Assembly (NCBI GenBank): GCA_963798085.1
Contig: CAWCRS010000007.1
Coordinates: 503,612-567,611, forward strand
DNA: 64,000 nt
Source of the DNA: an uncultured Gemmatimonadales bacterium
GTDB lineage: Bacteria > Gemmatimonadota > Gemmatimonadetes > Longimicrobiales > RSA9
Direction of reading: 5' to 3'
The translations under genes were made by a program, and so were the position numbers. How positions within the stretch are numbered: the first letter of the stretch is position 1; every line of letters begins with the position of its first letter. This document shows, one piece after another, positions 1 to 9,220 of the stretch. The notes under the pieces were generated by a model. The model saw only the letters and a list, made by a program, of their open reading frames with translations. It was not told the origin of the DNA and did not search any database.

Positions 1-149
1 ATACCCCGCAGGAAGTCCCCGCGCAGCCCGTCACACGGCCGAGGGTCTCCCGTTACGGGGTGTTCCTCTCTTCCTCGCGTGAACTGATACGCCTGCTGCG
101 CATCCTCGACGCTCGAGTCGGTAATCGCAAAGAGTAACCCGGAGTGTGT

Positions 150-1897
150 ATGTCGTTCGCTTGGGTGCGCGCCCTCGTGCTGGTCCCGGCACTGGTGCTG
201 GCGGGTCGTGTGGCAGCGCAGGACCATCGGTCCGCGAAGAAGGACAGTGGTCCACGCGTGTGACCATGCGCGGATTCCAGACGCAGCAGATCGGGCAGAC
301 ACTCGACGGCATTCCGCTGGGGGACATGACGTACGGCAATTTCAACGGCCTGAACATCGCGCGCGCGATCGATCCCGCGAATCTGTCGAGCACGACGGTC
401 GAGCAGGGCAGCGGCGCGCTGGGCACGGCGTCGGCGAACAACCTGGGCGGCGTGATTGCCTACCGTTCGGCGGATCCCTCCAGCCAGCCCGGCGTGAGGC
501 TGCAGCAGATGGCGGGCGATTTCCGCTCCTTCCGCACCGACCTGCGGCTCGACATGGGCGCGCACGCGCTCGCGCCTGACAGGGCGTTATCAGGCTATGT
601 CAGCTACGCGCGCACGGACAACGACAAGTGGAAGGGTGGTGGGCAGCGTTTCTCCGATTTCCCCGGCGACCACAAGCTGTTCTTCGGACAGAGCGGGCTG
701 CTGCGCGAGGGCGAGAACTGGCAGGATCAGTTCAACGCGCGCGCGGACCTGCTGCTGGGTGGCTCCCGGCTGACGGCGTTCTACGATTTCTCGGACAAGA
801 AGGAGTCCGACTACATGGACCTCTCGCTCGGCGTCTTCAACGACCCGCGCTTCGGTCCGCGCACCGATTACTGGACCAGCTGGGCGACAGCGAAGCAGTA
901 CGCGGAGTATACGCTGCCGCCCTACAATCCGCTGGGCGATGTGGCGTACTTCATGTCGGCGCAGGGAGCGCGCCAGGATCACCTTGCGTACCTGCGCGGC
1001 GATTTCCGTCTGGGCTCGCGCGCCCGCGTTGTGGTATCACCGTACGTGCACCGCAATCGGGGTGGCGGCGACTGGCACGCGCCCAGCTACGGCGCCAGCT
1101 ACAGTCCCGATCCCATCATGTTCCGGCAGACCCAGTACGCGATCGACCGGCGCGGCGTGCTGGCCACCGCAGTTACGGAGCTGGGCAGCTTCAATCGCCT
1201 CGAAGGCGGTGTCTGGCTGGAGAGCAACGACGTACGCATGCGCCGGCCGCGCTGGCGACTCAGGAACTACCAGGCAGGACCGGAAGTCGATTTCAGCAAT
1301 GTTCTTCAGCTCGATTTCGATCGCACCGGCGACCTGGGCACGACCATGCTGTACCTGCAGAACACCAGCACACTGCTGGACGAGCGCCTGCGTCTCACCT
1401 ACGGCTTCAAGTGGCTGCACGTGAACGCGGACTTCCACTCCAACGGCAACACGCCCACGGACGGCGTGGTGGCGCCGCTGTCTCCGGATGCCACGCGTCC
1501 GGACCTGTCGCTGCCCACGAAAGCGGGGATCCTGCCCCAGCTGGGCGCGGTCTTCGGGCTGAACCACACCGACGAGCTGTTCGCCAACTACAGCGAAAAC
1601 GTGAACCAGTACCCGTACAGTCCGCAGACCGGTGCGTACAACGCCAGCACTTCGCTCTTCCCGTTCCTCGAGAGCACGCATCCCGAGCGTTCCTCGACCA
1701 TCGATCTCGGCGTGCGCACCAGCCGGTCCGGTACGGAAGGTTCGCTCGCAGTCTACTACATCGACTACCGTAATCGCCTGTTGGGCATCGCGCTGTGTCC
1801 GCCCACGGTCACCTGCGCGACGGGCCTGGGCAATGTGGGTTCAGTGCGCAGCCTGGGCGCGGAAGCGCTGCTCTCGCAGCATTCGTGCTGGACCTGA
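150..1897 (+). pseudogene. TonB-dependent receptor remnant (N-terminal internal deletion, 3' truncated)
   Basis: ORF 150-263 encodes a classic signal peptide (MSFAWVRALVLVPALVLAGRVAAQ) and then stops. A different frame (ORF 146-1897) carries late-plug motifs (VTMRGFQ..LDGIPLGD..VEQGSGALGTASANNLGGVIAYRS) and barrel strands (SLAVYYIDYRNRL..NVGSVRSLGAEAL). The TonB box, early plug and C-terminal barrel closure are absent. Confidence 0.6.
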
Positions 1898-2145
1898 AGC
1901 CTGGCTTCCTCTTCGGCACCAGCCTCGACGGCCCGCAAGTCGGACCCACCGCCACACACGGCATGCACGGCTACTTCCCCGACGAGCCCGACATGGCCGC
2001 CTCCTTCTTCCTCCCCGGCCCGCACATCCCGCACGGCCTCACCCTGGGCCGCATCGACATGCGCGACATCGCCCCCACCCTCGCCGCCCTCCTCGGCGTC
2101 TCTCTCCAAAGCGCCGAAGGCCACGCGCTCACCCTTCACCGCTGA
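1876..2145 (+). pseudogene. C-terminal ~88-aa fragment of an alkaline-phosphatase-superfamily nucleotide pyrophosphatase/phosphodiesterase
   Basis: A third frame from ~1876 reads ..THGMHGYFPDEPDMAASFFLPGPHIPHGLTLGRIDMRDIAPTLAALLGV.., with a stop at 2143-2145. No upstream catalytic or metal-site region is present. The fragment abuts the truncated receptor. Confidence 0.5.
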
Positions 2146-2252
2146 GTGCGGCGTCCTCCGCGTCCTCAATGTCAGAACCACGACCTGGACAAAGGGTATC
2201 CCGCCAGATCAGCCCGCAGCTTCGTATCCTCAGGAAATCACGGTGCCTCGCG

Positions 2253-2660
2253 ATGCCCCAGAGAGACTACCTGATGCGCATGATCGAACAGATGGGTTCT
2301 GTGCTGGCCCGTCTGCGGCAATTGATCATGGGTGGCGGACAGGTGGAGAGTGAACTGCTGAAAACCGCGCGGAGTCAGGGCGTCGATCTGGTGACCGCGC
2401 GGGCGCTCGATGCGGAAAGTCTGCTGGCGCTGCTTTCTGCCGGCGGGCCGCCCGACATTACGCGCACCTGGCTGATGGCCGAGCTGATCGGACTGGATGG
2501 CCTGAATGCGGAACTCGCGGGTGATGGGGTGACGGCGCGCGAGTCGTATCGCAAGGCGCTGGTGCTGTTCCGTGCCCTCGATCCGCACATTCTGGGCGGG
2601 CTGCCCGACGCCACCGCGCGCATCGCCGACCTCGAACAGCGCGTTAGTGCGCCGCTTTGA
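2253..2660 (+). CDS. hypothetical protein (135 aa, helical, no recognised domain)
   Basis: ATG at 2253 lies inside the long ORF 1632-2660. Only this 3' part (MPQRDYLMRMIEQMGSVLARLRQL...) has a protein-like composition; the upstream ORF translation is Arg/Pro/His junk. Confidence 0.5.
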   Translation: MPQRDYLMRMIEQMGSVLARLRQLIMGGGQVESELLKTARSQGVDLVTARALDAESLLALLSAGGPPDITRTWLMAELIGLDGLNAELAGDGVTARESYRKALVLFRALDPHILGGLPDATARIADLEQRVSAPL

Positions 2661-2661
2661 C

Positions 2662-3756
2662 TCAGAGCAGGCCTATGTGGCGGGCGAGCGCGTCCGCGGA
2701 AGGCGCCACCTCGGCGTGCGAGACGCCCTGCGCCATTGCGGTCTCGGGGTCCTTGAGGCCGGTGCCAGTGAGCACGCAGACGCAGCGCTCGTCGCGGTGC
2801 ACGCGGCCGTCGCGCACGGCCGCGCGCAATCCTGCAATGCCGGCGGCGGAAGCGGGCTCGCAGAAGACGCCTTCCAGTCGGGCCACCTGGCGGTAGGCCT
2901 CGAGAATCTCGTCGTCGCTCACCGCCCGCAGTTCGCCGCCTGAGTCGTGGGCCGCGTCGACGGCGGGCTGCCATGTGGCAGGCCGGCCAATGCGGATGGC
3001 CGTGGCGACCGTTTCCGGTTGCTCGACAGGTTGTCCGTGCACGAGCGGCGCCGCACCCGCGGCCTGCACACCCAGAATGCGTGGCAGGCGGGCGCAGCGA
3101 CCCAGCTCGGCGTAGCGGCGGAATCCCAGCCAGTACGCCGTGATGTTGCCGCCATTGCCGACGGGCAGCGCGAGCACGGCGGGCGGCTCGGCCAGCGCAT
3201 CGCAGATCTCGAACGCCGCGGTCGTCTGGCCGGCAATGCGGTGCGGGTTCACGGAATTCACGAGTGCCAGCGGGTACCGGTCCGCGGCTTCTCGCGCGAC
3301 TTCGAGGGCGCGATCGAAGTTGGCGGCCATCACCACGACGTGGGCGCCGTACATCACCGCCTGCGCCACCTTGCCGTGTGCCACCTTGCCGCCCGGCAAC
3401 AGCGCCACGGCTTCGAGGCCGGCACGCGCGGCGTACGCGGCCGCACTGGCGGCGGTGTTACCCGTCGACGCGCACAGCACGGTGCGCGCGCCATCCTCCA
3501 CCGCCTTGGCCACCGCCACCACCATGCCGCGATCCTTGAACGAACCCGTCGGGTTCGTCCCCTCGAACTTGAGGTGCAGCTCACTCACGCCCACCCACGC
3601 ACCGAGTCGTGGCGCGAGCAGGAGCGGCGTCTCGCCCTCGTCCAGGGTCAGGTGAGGCGTGCGTTCGGTGATGGGCAGCAAATGCCCCCAGCGCGCGAGC
3701 ACGCCGCGCGCGCGGACATCGCCATTGCCTGTCGGCTGACTATCGGAAGACGGCAC
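2662..3756 (-). CDS. thrC: threonine synthase
   Basis: PLP-lysine motif NPTGSFKDRGM, ...CASTGNTAAS..., 364 aa, GTG start. Sits directly downstream of thrB. Confidence 0.9.
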   Translation of the reverse strand: MPSSDSQPTGNGDVRARGVLARWGHLLPITERTPHLTLDEGETPLLLAPRLGAWVGVSELHLKFEGTNPTGSFKDRGMVVAVAKAVEDGARTVLCASTGNTAASAAAYAARAGLEAVALLPGGKVAHGKVAQAVMYGAHVVVMAANFDRALEVAREAADRYPLALVNSVNPHRIAGQTTAAFEICDALAEPPAVLALPVGNGGNITAYWLGFRRYAELGRCARLPRILGVQAAGAAPLVHGQPVEQPETVATAIRIGRPATWQPAVDAAHDSGGELRAVSDDEILEAYRQVARLEGVFCEPASAAGIAGLRAAVRDGRVHRDERCVCVLTGTGLKDPETAMAQGVSHAEVAPSADALARHIGLL

Positions 3757-3776
3757 GGGTTGGCCCCCGCCCTGAT

Positions 3777-4709
3777 TCAGCTGGTTCGAACGACCTGCGC
3801 TCCTGTCACATCAGGCTGCAATGGAAAGCACACGACCGGCCCCTGCTGCGCATCGAACGCGCGGCCCATGGCCTCCGCGACCGTTGCCTCGCTGCCCACG
3901 GGACATACCGCGATGAGACCGGAGCCGCTGCCGCTCACCGTCACAGCCCAGGCGCCGGCCTCGCGGCCATTCAGCACGGCCCGCTCCGCGCCCGGGATGA
4001 GCGCCATGCGATAGGGTACGTGCAGCTCGTCGTCGAAGCCGGTGCGCAGCAGTTCCGCATCACCCGATGCCAGACCCTGCACCAATGCGAGCACGCGCGC
4101 GAGAGCGCGCACAGCGACAGCATGCGAGACGGATGCGGGCAGCACGCGCCGCGCGTACGCGGTCGAGATCTCGAGGGCCGGCGCCGCGTAGGCAAAGCCA
4201 ATGCGCGGCGAGAGGCGCAGCGGCAGCGTACGCGGCTCACCCGCCGGATCAGCTGTGATGCACACGAGGCCGCCCTGCAGCGCGGGCGCCGCATTGTCCG
4301 GGTGTCCCTCAATGTGCGCGGCCACAGACAGGAGACGGTCGCGGTCCGGCTCTTCACCCAGAGTGACGGCAGCCAGCAGCAGACCCGCGATGGTCGCGGC
4401 CGCCGACGAGCCCAGGCCGCGGCCCACCGGGATTTCCGAGGTCATGCGCAGCACACCCGCGATCTGGCCGACGCCGCGTGACCGCAGCGCGGAGGCGAAG
4501 GCCGTGGCAACGGCGTCGTCGCCTGCTCCATTGGTAAGCGACGACAGCGTTCCGGCCCGCTCGACGCGCAGCGTAGCGGAGTCGCCAGGCTGGTACTGGA
4601 CATCGAGATGCCGGTCGAACGCCAGACCGATGCAGTCGAAGCCCGCGCCCAGGTTGGAGGTGCTGCACGGCACGCGCACGCGTGCGGTCCGCAGTACGGG
4701 CGGGTTCAA
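3777..4709 (-). CDS. thrB: homoserine kinase
   Basis: GHMP kinase motifs SNLGAGFDC and PVGRGLGSSAAATIAG. The TTG start overlaps the bcp stop. Confidence 0.85.
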   Translation of the reverse strand: MNPPVLRTARVRVPCSTSNLGAGFDCIGLAFDRHLDVQYQPGDSATLRVERAGTLSSLTNGAGDDAVATAFASALRSRGVGQIAGVLRMTSEIPVGRGLGSSAAATIAGLLLAAVTLGEEPDRDRLLSVAAHIEGHPDNAAPALQGGLVCITADPAGEPRTLPLRLSPRIGFAYAAPALEISTAYARRVLPASVSHAVAVRALARVLALVQGLASGDAELLRTGFDDELHVPYRMALIPGAERAVLNGREAGAWAVTVSGSGSGLIAVCPVGSEATVAEAMGRAFDAQQGPVVCFPLQPDVTGAQVVRTS

Positions 4710-5164
4710 AGCAGAGCGAGAACGTCGTCCGCGTGGGTGGCCGGCTTCACGCGCTCCAGCACGCGCGCAATGCGACCGTCTGCGTCGATGACGAACGTGG
4801 TGCGCTCATTGCCCCAGTACTTCCGGCCGTAGAGCGTCTTCTCCTTCCAGACGCCGTACTGCTCGGCCACCGCGTGATCGGTGTCCGCCAGCAGCGTGAA
4901 TGGCAGGTCGTACTTGGACCGGAAGCGCTGGTGCGACTTCGCCGAGTCCGGGCTCACACCCAGGATCACCGCGTCCTTCGCGTCGAACGTGGCCGCACGA
5001 TCCCGCAGCTCGCAGGCCTGCGTGGTGCAGCCCGACGTGTCGTCCTTCGGATAGAAGTAGAGGATTACCTTGCGGCCACGCAGGTCCGACAGGCGAACCG
5101 GCGCGCCATCCTGATCGGGCAGCGCGAAATCCGGGGCGACCTCGCCCGCCTCGGGACGTGACAC
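4706..5164 (-). CDS. bcp: thioredoxin-dependent peroxiredoxin (Bcp/PrxQ type)
   Basis: YFYPKDDTSGCTTQACELRD active-site block; 152 aa. Confidence 0.9.
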   Translation of the reverse strand: MSRPEAGEVAPDFALPDQDGAPVRLSDLRGRKVILYFYPKDDTSGCTTQACELRDRAATFDAKDAVILGVSPDSAKSHQRFRSKYDLPFTLLADTDHAVAEQYGVWKEKTLYGRKYWGNERTTFVIDADGRIARVLERVKPATHADDVLALL

Positions 5165-5211
5165 GGCGGCTCAGCGGCTGGACAGTATGACGGCGGCGGC
5201 CCGGCGCATCG

Positions 5212-5751
5212 TCAGTCGCCTGAATCCGTCGCCGCCGGCGGCGACCCTGCAGTCGCTTCGCCCCCGTCCAGCGCGACTGCCTTCGCGCGCGAGCCTTCCC
5301 GCCACAGCGACAGCGCAAGGATCGCCGCGCCCGCCGTGATGGCCATGTCCGCCACATTGAAGATGGGCCAGTGCATGAAGCCGAGGTTGATCGGTCCGAT
5401 GAAGTCGACGACGCCCTGATCCCAGCGAATGCGGTCGATCAGGTTGCCCATCGCGCCGGCCGCAACCAGGGAAAGGGCACAGGTACGCGCCCAGTCGGTG
5501 GGCTTCGTCGTGCCGAACATGCCCGCCAGCATCAGGACGACGAAGATCGACGCGGCTACCAGCATCCAGCGACCCGCCGACGGTATGTCGAGGCCGAAGG
5601 CAATGCCGCGGTTGAACGCCAGCGTGAACGGAACACCGGCGAGGGTAGCGTCACTGCGGCTGAGCGTCTCGAACGCCCAGCGCTTCGTCGTGACGTCTGC
5701 GATGAGGATGCCGCTCACCAGAAAAACGGCAAGGAAGAGCTTCTGCTTCAC
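5212..5751 (-). CDS. lspA: lipoprotein signal peptidase II
   Basis: Motifs NRGIAFG, NLIDR, VVDFI and FNVAD; four hydrophobic segments. Confidence 0.9.
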   Translation of the reverse strand: MKQKLFLAVFLVSGILIADVTTKRWAFETLSRSDATLAGVPFTLAFNRGIAFGLDIPSAGRWMLVAASIFVVLMLAGMFGTTKPTDWARTCALSLVAAGAMGNLIDRIRWDQGVVDFIGPINLGFMHWPIFNVADMAITAGAAILALSLWREGSRAKAVALDGGEATAGSPPAATDSGD

Positions 5752-5915
5752 GGAGATACCCCGCTTCGCACTTGGTCCGAGGTTCGCGCTAATCTAATCG
5801 CGTCACGGGCGCGCCACCATTCCGGAGACAGTATCCACTGCGGCGGCCTGAGGTTCCCCGCGTCCCGCGGACGTTTGCGGTCGACCCGCTCGACCGGCCC
5901 GGTGTACGAACCATC

Positions 5916-6515
5916 ATGCGCGACACGGCACTTCTGATTATCGACGTCCAGAATGACTTCTGCCACGGAGGCGCCCTCGCCGTGCCTCGTGGCGACGAGG
6001 TGGTGCCCGTGCTCAACCGCTATATCCGGCAGGCCGAAGCGGCGAGCCAGCCCGTGTTCGCATCGCGCGACTGGCATCCCGCCGAATCGCAGCATTTCCT
6101 CGCGGGCGGCGGACCCTGGCCGCCGCACTGCATCCAGGGGACGACCGGTGCCGCCTTCCATCCCGCGCTCGATCTGCCCGCCGACGTGACGGTAATTACC
6201 AAGGGCGACAACCCGCGCGACGACGGCTACAGCGCGTTCGATGGCCATGACGCACAAGGCAGTGCGCTGCTCGAAACACTGCAAGCGCGAGAGGTGAACC
6301 GGCTGCTGGTGGGTGGTCTGGCGACCGATTACTGCGTGCGCGCATCCGTGCTCGACGCGCGCCGCCATGGCTTCAATGTGGTACTGCTGCTCGACGCCAT
6401 GCGCGGCATCGACCGGAACAGCGGCAATGAAGCACGCGCGCTGGATGCCATGGTTCGCGCCGGGGCAACGACCGCCACGCTGAACACCATCGCCATGCCA
6501 CACATGCGACGTTAG
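5916..6515 (+). CDS. pncA: nicotinamidase/pyrazinamidase (isochorismatase family)
   Basis: LLIIDVQNDFCHGGALAV near the N-terminus; catalytic Cys context GGLATDYCVRAS. Confidence 0.8.
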   Translation: MRDTALLIIDVQNDFCHGGALAVPRGDEVVPVLNRYIRQAEAASQPVFASRDWHPAESQHFLAGGGPWPPHCIQGTTGAAFHPALDLPADVTVITKGDNPRDDGYSAFDGHDAQGSALLETLQAREVNRLLVGGLATDYCVRASVLDARRHGFNVVLLLDAMRGIDRNSGNEARALDAMVRAGATTATLNTIAMPHMRR

Positions 6516-6522
6516 GATGTTT

Positions 6523-6556
6523 CCCGGCCCCAGCCCGAGCCCCAGCCCGAGAAACG
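6523..6556 (-). repeat. G-tract hexamer element, copy 1 (G-rich strand is minus)
   Basis: cccggccccagcccgagccccagcccgag + aaacg. Lies 7 nt after the pncA stop and 7 nt before the ispG ATG. The reverse complement has five G3-4 runs with 2-3 nt loops. Confidence 0.8.
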
Positions 6557-6563
6557 AACCCTG

Positions 6564-7805
6564 ATGACCCGACGCATATCGACAACGGTCAGGATCGGCG
6601 ACGTCGCCGTGGGCTCCGCGCATCCGATCGTGGTGCAGTCGATGACCAACACGGACACCGCAGATGCAGCGGCCACGGCGGACCAGGCGGAGCAGCTTGC
6701 CGCCGGCGGCAGCGAGCTGGTGCGTGTGACCGTCAACACGGATGAGGCGGCGCAGGCCGTACCCCAGATCGTGGCGCTGCTGGAACGGCGGGGTACGCCG
6801 GTTCCCATCATCGGCGACTTCCACTACAACGGCCATCTGCTGCTCACGCGACACCCCGACTGCGCGCAGGCGCTCGCCAAATACCGCATCAATCCCGGCA
6901 ATGTCGGCGCCAAACGCCATGACGAGAATTTCCGCACCATCATCGAAGTCGCCATCGCCAACGACAAGCCGATCCGCATCGGCGTGAACTGGGGCTCGCT
7001 GGACCCGCAGCTGCTCACCGAGATGATGGATGCGAATGCCAGCCGCCCGGACCCGCTGGATGCACGTGAAGTCACCATCGAGGCCATGCTGGAGAGCGCG
7101 CTGCGTTCTGCCGCACTCGCGGAAGCGACGGGCCTGCCGCACGACCGCATCATTCTCTCCGCGAAAGTCTCGGGCGTTCAGGACCTGATCAATGTGTACC
7201 GGCGACTGGGCGCGCGCTGCGACTACCCGCTGCACCTGGGCCTGACCGAAGCAGGCATGGGCATGAAAGGCGTGGTGGCATCCACGGCGGGCCTCAGTGT
7301 GCTGCTGCAGGAAGGTCTGGGCGACACCATCCGCGTATCACTCACGCCACGACCGGGCGGCGACCGCACCGAAGAAGTGTACGTGGCACAGCAGATCCTG
7401 CAGTCCATGGGGCTGCGCAGCTTCGCGCCCCAGGTCACATCGTGCCCCGGCTGCGGCCGCACCACATCCACCTTCTTCCAGAAAATGGCCGAGGACATCC
7501 AGGACTACATCCGCCAGCAGATGCCGCTCTGGCGCGAGCGTTACCCCGGCGTGGAAGAAATGCGCGTCGCTGTGATGGGCTGCGTGGTGAACGGCCCCGG
7601 CGAATCCAAACACGCGAATATCGGCATCTCGCTGCCCGGCACCTTCGAAGAACCCAAAGCTCCCGTCTACATCGACGGCCGCCTCTTCACCACGCTGAAA
7701 GGCGACACCCTCATCCCCGATTTCCTCCGCCTCCTCGACTCCTACGTCACCACTCATTTCTCCAGCGCAGAGAGCGCGCCGGGCGCGAACAGGAGCAGTG
7801 CCTAG
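6564..7805 (+). CDS. ispG: 4-hydroxy-3-methylbut-2-en-1-yl diphosphate synthase
   Basis: N-terminal [15 protein letters not shown], Fe-S ligand block [17 protein letters not shown]; 413 aa. Confidence 0.95.
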   Translation: MTRRISTTVRIGDVAVGSAHPIVVQSMTNTDTADAAATADQAEQLAAGGSELVRVTVNTDEAAQAVPQIVALLERRGTPVPIIGDFHYNGHLLLTRHPDCAQALAKYRINPGNVGAKRHDENFRTIIEVAIANDKPIRIGVNWGSLDPQLLTEMMDANASRPDPLDAREVTIEAMLESALRSAALAEATGLPHDRIILSAKVSGVQDLINVYRRLGARCDYPLHLGLTEAGMGMKGVVASTAGLSVLLQEGLGDTIRVSLTPRPGGDRTEEVYVAQQILQSMGLRSFAPQVTSCPGCGRTTSTFFQKMAEDIQDYIRQQMPLWRERYPGVEEMRVAVMGCVVNGPGESKHANIGISLPGTFEEPKAPVYIDGRLFTTLKGDTLIPDFLRLLDSYVTTHFSSAESAPGANRSSA

Positions 7806-7860
7806 CAGGAGATTTCCAACTCAGCGAATGTGCCTGACAAGCGGTTCAAGAGCAGAAACA

Positions 7861-7893
7861 GAGGGCGCAGAGACGTGAAGCCTCTGCGCCCTC
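7861..7893. terminator. bidirectional stem-loop between convergent ispG and the barrel gene
   Basis: Perfect 12-bp stem, gagggcgcagag / ctctgcgccctc, with a 9-nt loop. Confidence 0.6.
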
Positions 7894-7920
7894 CGCGCGC
7901 TCGCGGTGAAGGCTGTGAAG

Positions 7921-9216
7921 TCAGTGGCCGACGGAGAAGAGGCTGAACATGAGGACGGTGCTCTCGCCGAAGCGGCCGGTGCTGCGGCGCAGTGCGCTGG
8001 CGTTCAGGCCCCAGGGACCGAGGTCGAGGCCGAGGCCGGCGCCGGCCTGCCAGCCGGTGGCGTCGGGGCCCATCGAGATCAATGCACCGCCCAGACGCAG
8101 GGGCAGCCAGTGGATGGCGCGCAGCTCGAGACCCGCGCCCAGCTGACGCGAGGGTCCTGTGAGCAGCCCATTCGCGCTGCCCAAGCGCGCGTCGGCCGAA
8201 AGCGTGAGTGCGCGCGAGCTGTGCGCAATGCCTCCCGCAAACACCGGCTTGAATGCCAGTGCGGCAATGTGCTGCTGCACTTCCATTGGCGCCGAGGCGA
8301 GCGGCATGTCTTCCGTGCTCGTAGTCGCACTGCCCTGGCTCAGGCTGACCGACAGCGGGCGATACCGCAGCTGGTCCAGATTCCACGCGAAGCTCGACGT
8401 CACGTTCTGCATCACGGCCGAAACCGTCCAGCCGCCGGATGCGAGTGAAGCGCCCACGTCCACGCCAATGCCGTGGCCGTTGTCCATGCTGTAGGCGCCA
8501 CCCTCCACCGCGGTGTGCACCAGCGGGAAGCTCAGGTCGACCGACACGGGATTCGCCGTGGCCAGGCCATTCGAGTTCTCACCCATCGCCAGGCCGTGCC
8601 CCACCACGTACTTCACCGTGACGCCCAGCGAGAAGCGCCCGCCAGCCAATGCAAATGGCTGTGCGAGGCTGGCAGCCACCGTGCTCCATGCGACGGCGTT
8701 CACATCCGAGCCCGACAGATTCAGGTCGGTCGCCTGACCATCCTCGCCCACGTTGCCGAAGAGGATCAGCTCGGCGACACCGGGCGATACGTCCACCAGC
8801 GCGCGTGCTTCGCTCAATGCCTGCAGGGCCAGGCGGCCAAGGCGGAGTCCCAGCCACGTGACTTCGCCACCGCCCGTGCCGTTCTGCCCGCCCTGCGAAA
8901 CGATACGACCGAGCCAGTCACGCTTCACGCCATCCGGCACGAGCGCGTTCGAATACTGCGAGATGTTGCCCAGCGTGACTGGACCCAGGCCACTCGTGCC
9001 GCGCACCGTCAGCGCAACGAAAGAGGGGCCGCCCGGGAAACCCAGCGCCGCCGGATTCCAGGCCACGGCATCAAGGCCGCGTGCCACTGCCGTGTAGTTG
9101 TCCGCCATGCCCAGCGCCGCCGTGCTCGCGCTGGCTACCTGGGCCCGTGCCGGTGCCACGGCCAGCGCCGCGCTCAATGCGCCCCACGTCAGGACGCCCA
9201 TTGTTGTCTTCGTCAT
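7921..9216 (-). CDS. outer-membrane beta-barrel protein, FadL/TodX/PorV-like
   Basis: Signal peptide ending ...APARAQ. N-terminal block ALGMADNYTAVARGLDAVAWNPAALGF resembles the FadL-family GMGGA..A.a.D..a...NPA motif. The rest shows a Gly/Ser/Ala-rich alternating strand pattern. Confidence 0.6.
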   Translation of the reverse strand: MTKTTMGVLTWGALSAALAVAPARAQVASASTAALGMADNYTAVARGLDAVAWNPAALGFPGGPSFVALTVRGTSGLGPVTLGNISQYSNALVPDGVKRDWLGRIVSQGGQNGTGGGEVTWLGLRLGRLALQALSEARALVDVSPGVAELILFGNVGEDGQATDLNLSGSDVNAVAWSTVAASLAQPFALAGGRFSLGVTVKYVVGHGLAMGENSNGLATANPVSVDLSFPLVHTAVEGGAYSMDNGHGIGVDVGASLASGGWTVSAVMQNVTSSFAWNLDQLRYRPLSVSLSQGSATTSTEDMPLASAPMEVQQHIAALAFKPVFAGGIAHSSRALTLSADARLGSANGLLTGPSRQLGAGLELRAIHWLPLRLGGALISMGPDATGWQAGAGLGLDLGPWGLNASALRRSTGRFGESTVLMFSLFSVGH

Positions 9217-9220
9217 GACC

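Noticed and set aside
1632-2660. The 342-aa ORF treated as a single gene.
   Set aside because: The first ~200 codons are Arg/Pro/His-rich junk that overlaps the phosphodiesterase fragment in another frame. Only the part from the ATG at 2253 looks protein-like.
5748-7235. Very long ORFs antisense to, or out of frame with, well-supported genes. Examples are 5748-7235(-), 9988-11613(-), 21436-22710(-), 22864-24270(-), 24668-27022(-), 37606-38739(-), 43646-45568(+), 49250-51124(-), 56530-57882(-) and 59702-61300(-).
   Set aside because: Their translations are Arg/Ala/Gly/His/Pro-rich with no motifs, and they overlap genes that have clear family signatures. They are the expected shadow ORFs of a high-GC genome where stop codons are rare.
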